A program made the position numbers and the translations under genes. Below are positions 11,816-23,324 of a stretch of 46,504 nt of DNA, piece by piece (positions within the stretch are counted from its first letter, which is position 1; every line of letters starts with the position of its first letter). A model generated the notes under the pieces. That model saw nothing but the letters and a program-made list of their open reading frames with translations, made no database searches and had not been told where the DNA came from. Origin of the DNA: Toensbergia leucococca (taxonomy: Eukaryota); the NCBI GenBank assembly GCA_022813965.1, contig JALDZS010000182.1:1-46504 (forward strand), read 5' to 3'.

Positions 11816-12737
11816 ATGCCGTCCCCCGCACTGGCGAAGCGTGCATCTACCTCACTAATCTTCACCTTTACGTACACATTCCCATTGCATCGCCTGCAAT
11901 CAACTTGGATGGGATCACGAATCATGCTTCAAGCATTGATACCCTCGGCGTCATAGACTAAACTATAGAATTCGGTAACGGGATGATCGGAGATCAGTTC
12001 TGACTTTTGAGACGGGCGTTATTTCCGTACCCAAAAGTGCTTTCTGTTCATTCAGGGAATTGTATGAATTATGAATTCAACATACGTTGTGATTGCCTTT
12101 GGCCGTTTGGAAATGGGCCCGGCAATGTTTCCAAGATCTGTACGACATTTATATATGAATCTTTCATGGCGAAGATGACGGGTTGGACAGGGCTTGAGGA
12201 GCAAGCAGTCCTGTTTTCTGTACATGATAGAATTAGATTTGATATGTAGAGAACACGTTAGAATATTGAAGAGACTTGTTACAAAATGCCTTGGTCTCAA
12301 TGATTGGGCATCTAAGACTACCTGTCAGTTTCAAGTCGAGGATGTGTGTCAGGCCGAAGGAGTATTAAGCTTTTAAGCCAAAAATGGCATAGAATATGGC
12401 CGCACGGCCGTTATCACTTATCAGTAGGAGTGGTGGGCGTGGTGGTGGATTAATCTAATCCTGGGGTTGCTAGGGCGGGACCGACGGTGACAGGAGTGGT
12501 GGAGTGCTAGATTTGGAAGGCCGTTGATCCCGACTTCCGACTCCATCCAAAGACTTCCATCACCAATCACCAATCACAACCAAGAGACACAGCTCCTTTG
12601 CATTGCTACGCTTGCTCCTCCAACATTCATATCATACATCATACATCACACATCATACCTATCTACCTCAACCACTTCTATCCATCCGCGCATTGTGCAT
12701 CTCTTTACCTTGTCCAGCCTATGCCTTCGCGGCCAGG

Positions 12738-14952
12738 ATGGGCTTATTGGAACAGCAATGGGTGACGGTTCAGCAGAAGACCTTCACCAAATGGTCCGAC
12801 GTCCTCGGACACTTCTTCTCTCCTGATACACCGGCTGATTGCTCGCAGGCTGAATGCCAAAGTCAAGCCTCGAGACGTGGCTGTCAATGACCTCGTCCAC
12901 GACCTATCTGATGGGGTGATTCGAAAGCGCTGCACTCTACCCGACCTTGACTAAACATACGAAACACAGGTCATCCTTATCCACCTCCTTGAAATCCTTG
13001 GAAACGAGTCTCTAGGCCGCTATGCATCCAAACCTAAACTCCGCGTCCAACGATTCGAAAACGTCAACAAAGCCCTAGATTTCATCACCGCTCGAGGTAT
13101 ACATATGACAAACATCGGGGCCGAGGATGTGGTCGATGGCAACAGGAAGATCATCTTAGGACTGATATGGACCTTGATCCTGAGGTTCACCATCAGCGAC
13201 ATCAACGAGGAAGGAATGACGGCCAAGGAGGGGCTATTGCTTTGGTGTCAGAGAAAAACTGCTTGCTACGAAGACGTCGAAGTTAAGGATTTCTCCGCGA
13301 GTTGGAATAATGGCCTTGCTTTGTATGTTGTCGACAAAGGAGACTTGGAGGCGCTGCTGATCTGGATTACAGTTGCGCGCTCCTGGACATCCATCGACCC
13401 GACCTCATTGATTACGATAGCTTGGATAAAAGTGACCACAGAGGGAACATGCAGCTAGCTTTTGATATCGCCTCGAAAGAGATTGGCATACCGGATCTGC
13501 TGGACGTTGAGGACGTGTGCGATGTTGCGAAACCAGATGAGCGCTCACTCATGACCTACATAGCTTACTGGTTCCACGCATTTTCTCAGATGGAGAGAGT
13601 AGAAAATGCTGGTAGGCGAGTGGAGAAGTTCGTCAGTAATATGCAAGGCGCATGGGAAATGCAAACCTCCTTCGAACGGCGAATGCGGGAGCTTCTGAGG
13701 CAAATTGCCATGCAGAAGCAGCAATGGCAGGAAGCCAAATTTGCAGGCACCTATGTAGATGCGAAGGAGCAGTCGAATCAGTTCACCGTGTACAAGAGAA
13801 GTCAGAAGCGGAAATGGGTCGCCGAGAAGTCGGATCTAGCGGCGCTGCTGGGAAACATCAAGACTAAGATGAGCACGTATCGACTGAAACCGTATGAGCC
13901 ACCGCCAGATCTGAGATTGGATGTTCTGGACCAGGACTGGGTCGGACTACTCAAAGCTGAAAGGGAACGGAGTCAGTTTATCAATGAAACGATCCGGGAG
14001 TATGCAGCCCCATTCTTGCCATGTAGATGTTTGGCTGATATTTGATAGCATTAAAAATGCTCTACGGCGGTCCTTTGCTGATAAAGTCAACGACTTCGCT
14101 CTCACGCTTAACACACTCTCTCTAGCTATCTCTGGGCTTGAAGGCGACGTCGACGACCAATTGCGACATGTGCAGCGTCTGAACTCAAACCTACCGCCCA
14201 TGGAAGCTTTCCTCGACTCTATCGCCGCGCTTGACCAACAATGCGAAGAAGCAAACATTGAAGAGAATGACTTTACAACGTACACATACGATGAACTTGA
14301 ATACGAACTAGGCCTTGTCAAATCATCCGTGGCCAAAAAGCTCTCATTCCTAGAGAATCAAATGATAGCCCGGAACATGACCAACTTGACACCGATCCAG
14401 CTGGAGGAATTCGAGTCGGTCTTCCGCCATTTCGACCGAGATCTGACCAATTCGCTCCAGGAGCTAGAGTTTTCCGCCGCATTAGCTAGTTTGAGCTTGG
14501 TGTATGATGAAGAGGAGATGCATGAGAATTTCAAGTCTACGAGTGGAGGCAAAGATCATGTAACTTTTGAGCAGTTTATTAGATTTATGGTCAGTGTCAC
14601 CGAGGACCAAAACACGGCCGAGCAGGTCTTTCAAAGCTTCAGAGAGGTTGCCGATGGCAAGGTAAGGGATTTTCTCCACCGTCTCATGTTATATTTCGAT
14701 GTCGCTTGACTGACTGCTGATGCACGACAACAGCCATATGTCACCGAGGTCGATCTCAGGCATTCTCTCATTCCCGACGACCTCGTCGAAGACTTGTTGC
14801 ATACTATGCCTGCCCATAGCGGCCCAGATTTGCAGGAAGACAGGAATCTGCCAAAGTATGACTATGTTGGGTTCATGGAGAAGATGACACAAGGAGGGGG
14901 CGTGGTAAATGGCAGCTCCCGCGCCGAGGGTAATGGCGTTCTTCACAGGTGA
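12738..14952 (+). CDS. ain1: Alpha-actinin (2 CH domains, spectrin repeats, EF-hands); exons 12738-12793, 12849-12915, 12970-13322, 13373-13999, 14049-14661, 14734-14952
   Basis: QQKTFTKWLN, DLSDGVILIHLLEIL, IGAEDVVDGNRKIILGLIWTLILRF, AKEGLLLWCQRKT, KPDERSLMTY and EF-hand FESVFRHFDRD. All five introns splice in frame to TGA at 14950-14952. Confidence 0.96.
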
Positions 14953-15689
14953 TTTTCATCGTGGAAGGGAATGGTAGAGCGGTTTTATGCATATGGAGTG
15001 CTTGAGAGCCAGGCGTTGTGTTGAACGCATTTGGGACTGGTGCATGGTTGGTCTCTCTCTTGTGCCTGGAAAGGGGTATTTCGGTCTCGGAGCACGGTAT
15101 GTATATAGCTCCTTTGGATTACAATGCATATAGCATTACACCTGGGGGTGTTCACCTGCTGCGTCTGATGTGAATTGATAATTGATTCGTCCCGTCGAAA
15201 AGTCTATTCACCGCTTTTCCATTCCTCGGGGATTTTGAATCTTCACTGTTTTTTTTTCGGGGGGGCTTCTGACAATTTTGAGATTTTTCCAACCATTCAC
15301 ACGGAATCTAGGAATCTTCGGTATATACGCTTTTTCTTTTCTTGTCTTTTGTTGGTGGGGGTTATATATACTCATCTTTCGTACCCCTGGTGTATATGTG
15401 TTACTTTTTTTGGGGGGGGGGGGTGAGTGTGAAATGACTGGTGTTCCAGATCTCCATCGGATGGGGCACTTGACTGTAGTTTCCGGTCGATAGGTTTTGC
15501 TTTGATTTACCTAGAGCAAGACCAAGACCAAGACCGTAGCTTTGGGGGACGGCGGGGGGAGATTTGAATCGGGCTTGGCGTTTGTTTCATGGCTGGTGTT
15601 TTAGCTTCGTTGGTTTTCTTATTGTCTAGGACATTTTATTCTAGGTTAAGGATGTGGGGTGTCTTCTTGTTAGATAGGTTTGTGTGAGT

Positions 15690-15760
15690 TGTGGGGTCGG
15701 GGTTGTGTTTGTGTTTGTGACTTGTGTTTTTGGATTTGTGTTTGGGTTTGTGTTTAGGTG
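15690..15760. repeat. GT-rich low-complexity tract (TTTGTG/TTTGGG-like units)
   Basis: gtgtttgtgtttgtga..tttggatttgtgtttgggtttgtgtttagg. Confidence 0.6.
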
Positions 15761-16754
15761 TCATGGGTGTTCTCTATTCTCTGTGTCATTTTTACTGTGT
15801 TTATTCTGCGCTTTGACGTTATCCTTTACCTTGGATGTGGGTTTGGGCTCATAAAGATGTTATTCTGAGGGCTGTCTGATCAGACTCGCGCAAAATAAAT
15901 GATGGATGGGGCAAAACTTTACACACTCAAGCCCTGTACAGATGAGCGGGTATAGGTTCTATACGGAAACGCGATGAGGGCTTCTATGCCCTCCCTGTTG
16001 GGCAGTGGTAAATGGAGCAAGTACTATGCAGATGCTACTTGGATCATAAAGAACAGATCGGCTATCTATGAAATGATGGAAAAAAGCGTGTGGTTCAGGA
16101 GTGTGAGAATGTCGAGGGAGTTAAAGGATTGGGACAGGCATGGGGTTTCTTCATCTTTGTGTCGGAGTGGAGGGATTTGAGCTGAGATTTGAGCGGGATT
16201 TTGCGAGCGCTGTTGGTCTGAATTCCCCTTGGTGCTTGGCAGCGACGGCATACATTGGGGTGATGCAGGCCACAGCTTCACCCTCCTTGATGGTGACTGG
16301 GAGTCGAAGACGGACCCGGCTCCCGGTCCTTGTAAGAGATAGATCAGAACAACCTCAAGAGCTATTGCGAATAGACGGGGTGGAGGCGGTTTCTGCAACA
16401 GATATAGGGTCATGGACTGGGCATTCTGTAAATGCTGCCTACTGACTGTCTCTAAATGAGTCTGAGATGCGGATTGATCAAATTCCCGGCTTTGTTACTC
16501 TTGATGAGCTGATCAATGGGATGTGTGCCAGTATTTGAATGGTTTGAGTGAGCGATGGGAGACTTTTCAATATGAAGAGAATCATTGAAGATTATGATAC
16601 TCGTAGAATAGAGTAGGTAGATGACATTCATGCCGTTGAACAGTGACCTCGGCAGCCCAGGTAAATCATTCAATCAATCTAGTCATACCACCTCTCAACA
16701 CCAAACCACCACGTCTGGCAGGCCCACGCCTGAACTAAGATAAGGCCAAACTGT

Positions 16755-18657
16755 ATGATTCGTATCACATCAGAATGGGCACAAGGAGCAGCAAAACGAT
16801 CTGTTCATCTCCCTCCTCCTCAGATTTATATATCCTTCGCAACACCCTTATTCATCAGAACGAGATACCGTTCATTACCTTGGTCGACACCACTCGGCTC
16901 GATGACACGGGCTGCAGTATACCATACTACACAGTCAACAATCACCAAACCGCTAGACGGTAGTAAAGCACTCGCCAAGGAAGCTATCATCTCTGCAGCT
17001 TTCGATCCTCACACTTACACGACCGGCCGATGGCTTCGTCGAGACAGGCTTGAGCGTGACGCCCGCTACATCAAATTTGACTTTGACGCCCTTCGTAGAA
17101 AGGTCGTCGAGCTATGCCCTGGTGCCCGTTCCATTCCAAGCTACGAGAATGTCGAAGGTGGCTTCAACAGAATTTTCATCTTCACCTGCCATAATGCAAC
17201 GCATGTTGTGGCGAGGCTACCCACCAAAGTGGCAGAACCGCCTAGGTTGACCACCAACTCAGAGGTGGCCCCCATCAGATACCGTAGGTCTGATGCTTTC
17301 ACTGCTGGCCAGAGAGCACTGGCCGCACGCTTACATATGTCCCAGTACAGTCCAACACTAATGTACCGATACCAACCATCCTTGACTGGAGCGATGACTC
17401 TACAAATCCTATTGGCAGCGAATATATTATTATGGAACACGCCACGGGCGCTCAGCTGCAGCAAAAATGGCCAACCATGTCTGGGGAGCAGCAAATTACC
17501 TGTATTCAGGCCATTGCTACGAATCTTCAGCAGATAGCAGCTATCGGGTTTCCCGTCTACGGAAGCCCGTATTTTGCTGATGCACCTATCGCATGCGCCG
17601 ACAAGCAGCCATTCACCAAAGGCTTTTGTATCGGGCCCCATTGCGGGACAAGATATTGGGACTGCAATGTGGGCGAAGCTAGGTACTACAATTTGACAAA
17701 GCCCAACAGAGGACCATGTGCGTTTCTGTCACCACCATTACTACATCTAGGCCACTGACAGGTATAGGGTCTGACCTCACCGCATACTGCAATGGCCTTA
17801 TTGATACGGGTCTTTCCCGACTTCCGCCTGTCGATGCCCCTATCCCCGATGGACCGCCCTTTCAAGGGTCCGCTGTAGCGGATGCTCACCTGCTCTCCTT
17901 TGGCCGCGATGTAATCCATAAGCTGTCTGAAGATCCTCGAGTCCAGAAAACGTCTACTCCAACTCTACATCACGCCGATTTACATAAAAGAAACATATTT
18001 GTATCAGATAATGACCCCACTATCATCACAAACATTATTGACTGGCAATCGTCTAGCATTGAGCCAGCGTTTGAGTACGCCGATGAGATACCTGACTTTG
18101 CTGCCCCTTACTCCAATCCTTTGTCGGAAGATCAGCGTGCGAAAGTAAATGCTTAACTTTGCAGACAAGCTTTTGAGGCTTGCCTTCAAGCCCTGGTTCC
18201 GAAGTTATCCGCTGCAAGGGCTCTTGACGACAATCTGCTACGGCCGTTCCGCTACTGTCACAGGACCTTGAGGGATAGTGCCGTAGCTTTTCAGCAAGAG
18301 TTGATCGAGACTTCAAAGCGCTGGAAGGAGCTAGGCCTCCCAGAAGATTGCCCATATCCTCTTCCAGGGTCACATGAGTTGCTCGTCCATCAACGGCAAT
18401 ATGATATCTTTGTGGCAGCACGGACACTGAAACAAAGGCTGGTGCGCCTCCTAGATACTGCTCCCGATGGATGGGTCCCGACGCATGCATGGGAAGCAAC
18501 CAAAGTAGCTCACGAGGAGGCTTTTGATGGATTAGTGCAGGCAGTGGAAAGCGAGGAGAGTACCGACGAACAAATCATGAGCGGCAAGCAGTTGAAGGGA
18601 ATATGGCCGTTTGATCTGAAATTATATGAAGTTAGAATTAAGTTAATGTACAAGTAG
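16755..18657 (+). pseudogene. APH/choline-kinase-like phosphotransferase (fungal Aim9-like family) with one premature TAA at 18154-18156; introns 17284-17345 and 17718-17767
   Basis: YTTGRWL, EGGFNRIF, VVARLP, TTNSEVA, NPIGSEYIIMEH, catalytic HADLHKRNIFV and IIDWQ. The frame continues after the TAA (LCRQAF..IWPFD) to 18657. The start codon is uncertain. Confidence 0.82.
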
Positions 18658-18994
18658 GCACGCCTCGCTTATCTCCTGAGGCCTACCTAGGCTCGCTAGG
18701 TAAGGTACACTAGAATACCTTTAAGGTACCACGGGTAGGTACTTGGGCGACGGCACCACGGCAAGGACGGAGGTGCGGGGTGCTCGTAGATTGGCTGAAT
18801 TTCTATCCGTACGGAACAAAACGGTACTAGCGGCGTTGATAATTATACCTATGGCGCAATGGTAACTCTATCACAAATAAACCGAAACACAAACAGCACA
18901 TGTCCTGTTGCTTCAACTTTGAAGTTCAGGTCTTAGACTCCGACGAATCGTAGCTTAAGGAGCGCACTTTTATCTGGACAAAAGGAAATTGAAT

Positions 18995-20265
18995 ATGTCA
19001 ACCTCAGTCTCTGTATCTGACCTACTCGACTCCATCGCAACGACAGGCCATACCTTTCTCCATACTGACCCTTCTGCCCGTAGCTCTCTACTAGCAAATG
19101 CCCGCTCCCTCATCGCCGCCCTTGAGACTCCCGCCGAAACTGTTCTCTGGCTGTCCTGGGCAGAGCCCACGCGTCTCGCCGCCATTCACACCGCACTTCG
19201 CCTCAATCTGTTTTCTCTCCTCACCCGGCCTTGTACAACTGCCTCTTTAGCATCGTCTACTGCTGCTTCCCCTGCATTGCTCCAGCGTCTTCTACGCCAC
19301 CTTGCCGCTACCGGCATCATCGCCGAGACCGAGCCAGAAACATGGGCCGCAACTCCGCTGTCCCAGGCATTATGTGACCCGCGTCACGCCGCCGCTCTGA
19401 AATATAGTGCTGCTCTACCTGCACCAGTGTGTGCACGACTTCCAGACTTCCTGGCCTTGACCAATCACATGGAGCCGGAAGACCCGCTACGCGGCCCATT
19501 TCAGCACGCAATGGATACGCAGCTAAGCCCTTGGGCGTGGTCAAGGAAACAGCCAGGATTGACCGAGGCATTTTCACTACATATGAGCGGGTATCATGCC
19601 GGAAGAGCAAGTTGGATGGATGAAGGTTCCTATCCCATCAAAGATCGACTGGCTATCGGGTGTAGAGAAGGGGGAGAAGAAGTATTCATGGTAGATGTCG
19701 GAGGCGGGTTGGGACATGATCTAGAAGAGTTGAGGGCCAAGTGCCCGGAATTGGTGAAAGGAAAAAGAATGGTGCTGCAGGACTTGAAAACGCCGGTGAG
19801 ATATGCCAAGAAGGCGAGGCCATGGATAGAAGCCATGGCGCATGACTTCTTCCAAGAGCAACCAATTAAAGGTATGTATGCCGATTAAATGATCAAGAGA
19901 CTAACCGCCTTGGCAACAAAACTGACTTACAGCCAGGCGCACGCGCTTACTATTTGCACTCGGTACTGCATGACTGGCAGGATGAACAGTGCCGGCAGAT
20001 CCTAGATAATTTGCGGAACGCCATGAAACGAGGGTACTCGAAGATTTTGATCAACGAGAACATTGTACCCGATATGGGAGCTTCGTGGCAAGTGACTTCG
20101 CTTGACATCATCATGATGGCGACGACAGGGTCCAGGGAGCGTACAGAATCACAGTGGCGTGAGCTGATTACGTCCGCTGGTCTACAGATCACAGGTATAT
20201 GGACCAAAGATAGGCTGTATGAGAGCCTGATAGAGGCTGTGCTTCCAGAGTCTGCCAAGTTATAA
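18995..20265 (+). CDS. SAM-dependent O-methyltransferase (Methyltransf_2, OmtA/OmtB-like); exons 18995-19871 and 19937-20265
   Basis: N-terminal dimerisation/wHTH region LLQRLLRHLAATG, SAM motif MVDVGGGLGHDL, LQDL, HDFFQEQPIKG|ARAYYLHSVLHDW and ERTESQW. Intron is GTATGT..CTGAC..CAG. Confidence 0.93.
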
Positions 20266-20559
20266 ATGCAAAACAAAGGCCGTTTGATTACTGGAAAAAT
20301 GCAGCAATATATAGCAGGGACGTCTAAGAACGCGGCTGTCACTTCATCTCATCTATCTGTGAAGGAGTGAATACTGTGAAGAGTAAATGATAGGGAGTGA
20401 GAATATTGTGAGTGCAATATTTCAAGAGAAGCAAAGGGTTTAAGATACTACATCATCAGAGAGCGCAGAGATGATCTATGTCATATGAAAGGATAAGGTA
20501 TTCTGACTACTCAATGCTAATGCTTTTTTTTTCTCTGAAGACATTTCAGATTTTTGACT

Positions 20560-20672
20560 ATCACTAAGTCTAATGAAACAGTCTATTAGGTTTCTGAACT
20601 AGTTCTGAACAGACTGACTATCAAATGAAATAGTTCTGAACTATTAGTTCACCTAATAGTTCAGGACTATTG
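20560..20672. repeat. AT-rich cluster of nested palindromes, probably a mutated MITE or TE end
   Basis: aatagttc-t-gaactatt (20629-20645), tgaactattag-ttcac-ctaatagttca (20637-20663, perfect 11-bp arms) and repeated ttctgaac. Confidence 0.5.
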
Positions 20673-20918
20673 AAAGCGTTGCTGAGATTCATGCGGCCTA
20701 TCTAGACACTGCTCTTATAACTGAAACTGTTAAAGTATCCCTAAGGGCATGTAGATACTCCACTGCGGTCAAGCTGCACTCAAGTTGCTCTCAGATTTTC
20801 AAGGCATCGTCACAACTAGTGCTCTCACTTTCACGCGCATCCTCTGATCCTTACACCTTTCACAAAATCACCGTTTTTATCTCTCTTCAAAGTTTCAAAC
20901 GATCAACGTCAAACCACA

Positions 20919-21737
20919 ATGACAACCACTCACAGAAATCTCGACAATCCCGATCTTGCCGCCACATACAGCGAGACAAACAAGGCCTACCAGGGAAAGT
21001 ATGGCCTTCTGCTGGCCCAGGCCACAGGTATCAAGCCTGGGATGAAGGTTGTTGATCTTGGCTCCGGCACGGGCGATCTCATCTTGCATGTCGCAGACCT
21101 TGTCGGCAAGAATGGGTGGGCCATGGGGATCGAGCCGATGTCTGACCGCGTCGCACTTTCCAACGAAAAAGCGTCCACCAAACCAGACCTCAATGCGAAG
21201 TTCTATGAGGGAAGCTCCGACAATCTGACCGAGCTTGTCAAAGAGAAAGTCGACGTCGTCCTCATGAACTCCGTTTTCTACTGGGTCAACGTCGCAAAGA
21301 GACCCGAGGCCATCAAGAGCTTCTTCTCCATCCTTCGTGACGGCGGTCGCATCGGTATCTGCGGCGGATATGGCGGCTACCCAAATCCGCTGGACTTCAA
21401 ACGCGATGCACTCTCTGAAGAACCTTTTGCGTCCTACCCGCTTGACGGCTACCCGGAGCTTCTCACCGAGGCAGAGCTTAACGGCTACCTGACAGCGGCC
21501 GGATTCAAGGACATCAAGCACAACATTTACCCTGATATCGTTCAGCATGACAACAAAGAGGAATACATCAAATGGCTGAATGCGAGCACCTTCGGCAACC
21601 TCTTACATGTCAACTACTTGCCCTAGGAACTTCAAGCAGGTGCTAAAGAGAAGCTCGACGCCGCCCTTGAGAGTTTGGGCGAAGGGAAGGTCAAGAAGGA
21701 TATCACAATGCTCTTGACTGTGGTGATCAAGAGCTAA
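20919..21737 (+). CDS. Intronless class I SAM methyltransferase (Methyltransf_11/31-like); stop TAG at 21624-21626 but the frame stays open for 36 more codons to TAA at 21735-21737
   Basis: Motif I PGMKVVDLGSGTGDL, post-I MGIEP, motif II VDVVLMNSVFYW and motif III ILRDGGRI. After the TAG the frame reads ELQAGAKEKLDAALESLGEGKVKKDITMLLTVVIKS*. Confidence 0.85.
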
Positions 21738-22632
21738 GACCTCATCCCTCAAGAGTCTCAGACATGATTTGTCATCAAATAGTCAATCATTTTTGTTTAC
21801 ATGAGCAAGTTTTCAATGTGACATCTAGCTGTCTATCTAGAAGGTAGTCCATCTCAATATCATCGGCGCTATCAACATTGTGGTAAGCCTGACCACGAAA
21901 ATATAGCTGATCCATTGCGAGATGGCTGTACTGGGTCAAAGATGTTATATTTCCATATCTTCATTAGGTCTAAGGATGACAAGAAAGTTTTCAAGGCTCT
22001 GAACAATTCCTGTGTCCGGGGTCGAGGTCGGCTTGAAGTAGATGAAGATGAACTCAGCCTGATAGGTTAAACTCGAACTGGAACAAGCTAAGGGCGTCAA
22101 TGCCGCAACATGGCTTTGAATGGCGCAATTTAATGCTGTGATCATGCTGAAATTCCGTGAAGGTTGAACTTCAAGAAATCCATACGAGAGGCTGACGAGA
22201 ATCAGTGCCTTCTAACTCCCCACTCCCCGCCTGTGCAGGACATGACATTTGCCTACCCTCATGCTCCAACCCGCCGAGCTAAGGGTTACAGCCCGCCTGC
22301 CATTGAACGTTCTATGACGGCATCACATCCATGATTTCGCGAACCTCGCACCTGGAAATAAACCGCATCCGGTCCGGAGGTTGCCACGCCAGGGTTCCAT
22401 GACAAGCTACTCATTGTACTCATTGTCCTCATACCAATGGTGAAGTGCATTGCGAGCGCGAGAATGCGGCTACCAACGTGGTTACATAAGGGTGGTCTTT
22501 AGTCCGGATCAATGTTGCCCCTCATTGTTCATCGCCGATGTACTACGCCCTTACGAGCACGTCATGACATGCCAGGCAGCAATCAAAAGGGCACAAATCC
22601 AATGGTTTCGCATGAAGAATCAGCGGTCGAGA

Positions 22633-22719
22633 TGACGTGAGGGGACGCAATCGAAGAACTTCTTAACGTCACCATTTAGAAAATGGCTCAATTCCGCTCC
22701 TCCAGCTATTGACTATAAG
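22633..22719 (+). promoter_or_regulatory. CRE-like TGACGTGA overlapping a STRE (AGGGG), plus TATAAG, upstream of the small repeat protein
   Basis: TGACGTGA 22633-22640, AGGGG 22640-22644, TATAAG 22714-22719. Confidence 0.4.
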
Positions 22720-22848
22720 ATATCACAGTTCCTCACCGGAAAGAAAAAAATCTTAAACACTTCCCAAACCTCAATCCATCAAACCCAAATCCACCAACGA
22801 AAACCAAACATCACGACCAACCCTACCACCCCACCCCAAACCACAACC

Positions 22849-23109
22849 ATGCAAAACGAACTCGGCCAAGGCGCCTCCCACGCCGTCGGCGATAGCAAAG
22901 TCCCCGAAGCCCTCCAAGACAAGGTCCCCCAAAGCGTCGAAGAGAAGCTGCCAAACCAGCTCCACGACACCGGATCCGCCGCTACGAACGAGGGCAGCGT
23001 GAGCCACGCGACTGGGGACAGCAAGGTGCCTCAAGGACTACAGGAGGCTGTGCCGGAGAAGTTGGAGAAAATACTGCCGAATAGTATCCACGATACTGGA
23101 GCGAAGTAG
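22849..23109 (+). CDS. 86-aa hydrophilic protein with two ~35-aa repeats (SHA-x-GDSKVP...LP-N-x-x-HDTG); hydrophilin/stress-protein-like
   Basis: Intact ORF with biased codon use and a CA-rich leader. Repeats are GASHAVGDSKVPEALQDKVPQSVEEKLPNQLHDTG and SVSHATGDSKVPQGLQEAVPEKLEKILPNSIHDTG. Confidence 0.85.
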   Translation: MQNELGQGASHAVGDSKVPEALQDKVPQSVEEKLPNQLHDTGSAATNEGSVSHATGDSKVPQGLQEAVPEKLEKILPNSIHDTGAK

Positions 23110-23324
23110 GGGAGGTTATGACGGAGAAGGAGAGGCTGAGATTGAAGGAGGAGATTGGAGGAGGGATAGGTGTAGGGAAAGTGCGCCGGCGGGTGTGGTG
23201 CTCCCTAGAATTGTGAAGCCATCAATATTGTTGACGACAAAACCTGCGGCTTAATGGGAAAAGTGGAGATGCGGAGAATACAGAATCCATTTTTCTCCCA
23301 CCAACCCACATTAAGTAACAAGCA

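Noticed and set aside
698..14946. Numerous antisense or alternate-frame ORFs overlapping real genes (e.g. 698-1027, 3054-3491, 11060-11392, 13947-14336)
   Set aside because: They are shadow ORFs of codon-biased coding sequence with no independent motifs.
15974..16445. Two overlapping short + strand ORFs as a gene
   Set aside because: No recognisable motif or consistent splice structure; at most a relic.
18154..21626. Stop-codon reassignment suggested by in-frame TAA and TAG in two nearby genes
   Set aside because: Neighbouring intact genes terminate normally at TAA (OMT), TAG (monooxygenase, amylase) and TGA (actinin).
2825..21737. Secondary-metabolite gene cluster (monooxygenase, OMT, MTase)
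   Set aside because: No PKS, NRPS, terpene synthase, transporter or intact regulator is present, and housekeeping genes interrupt the set.
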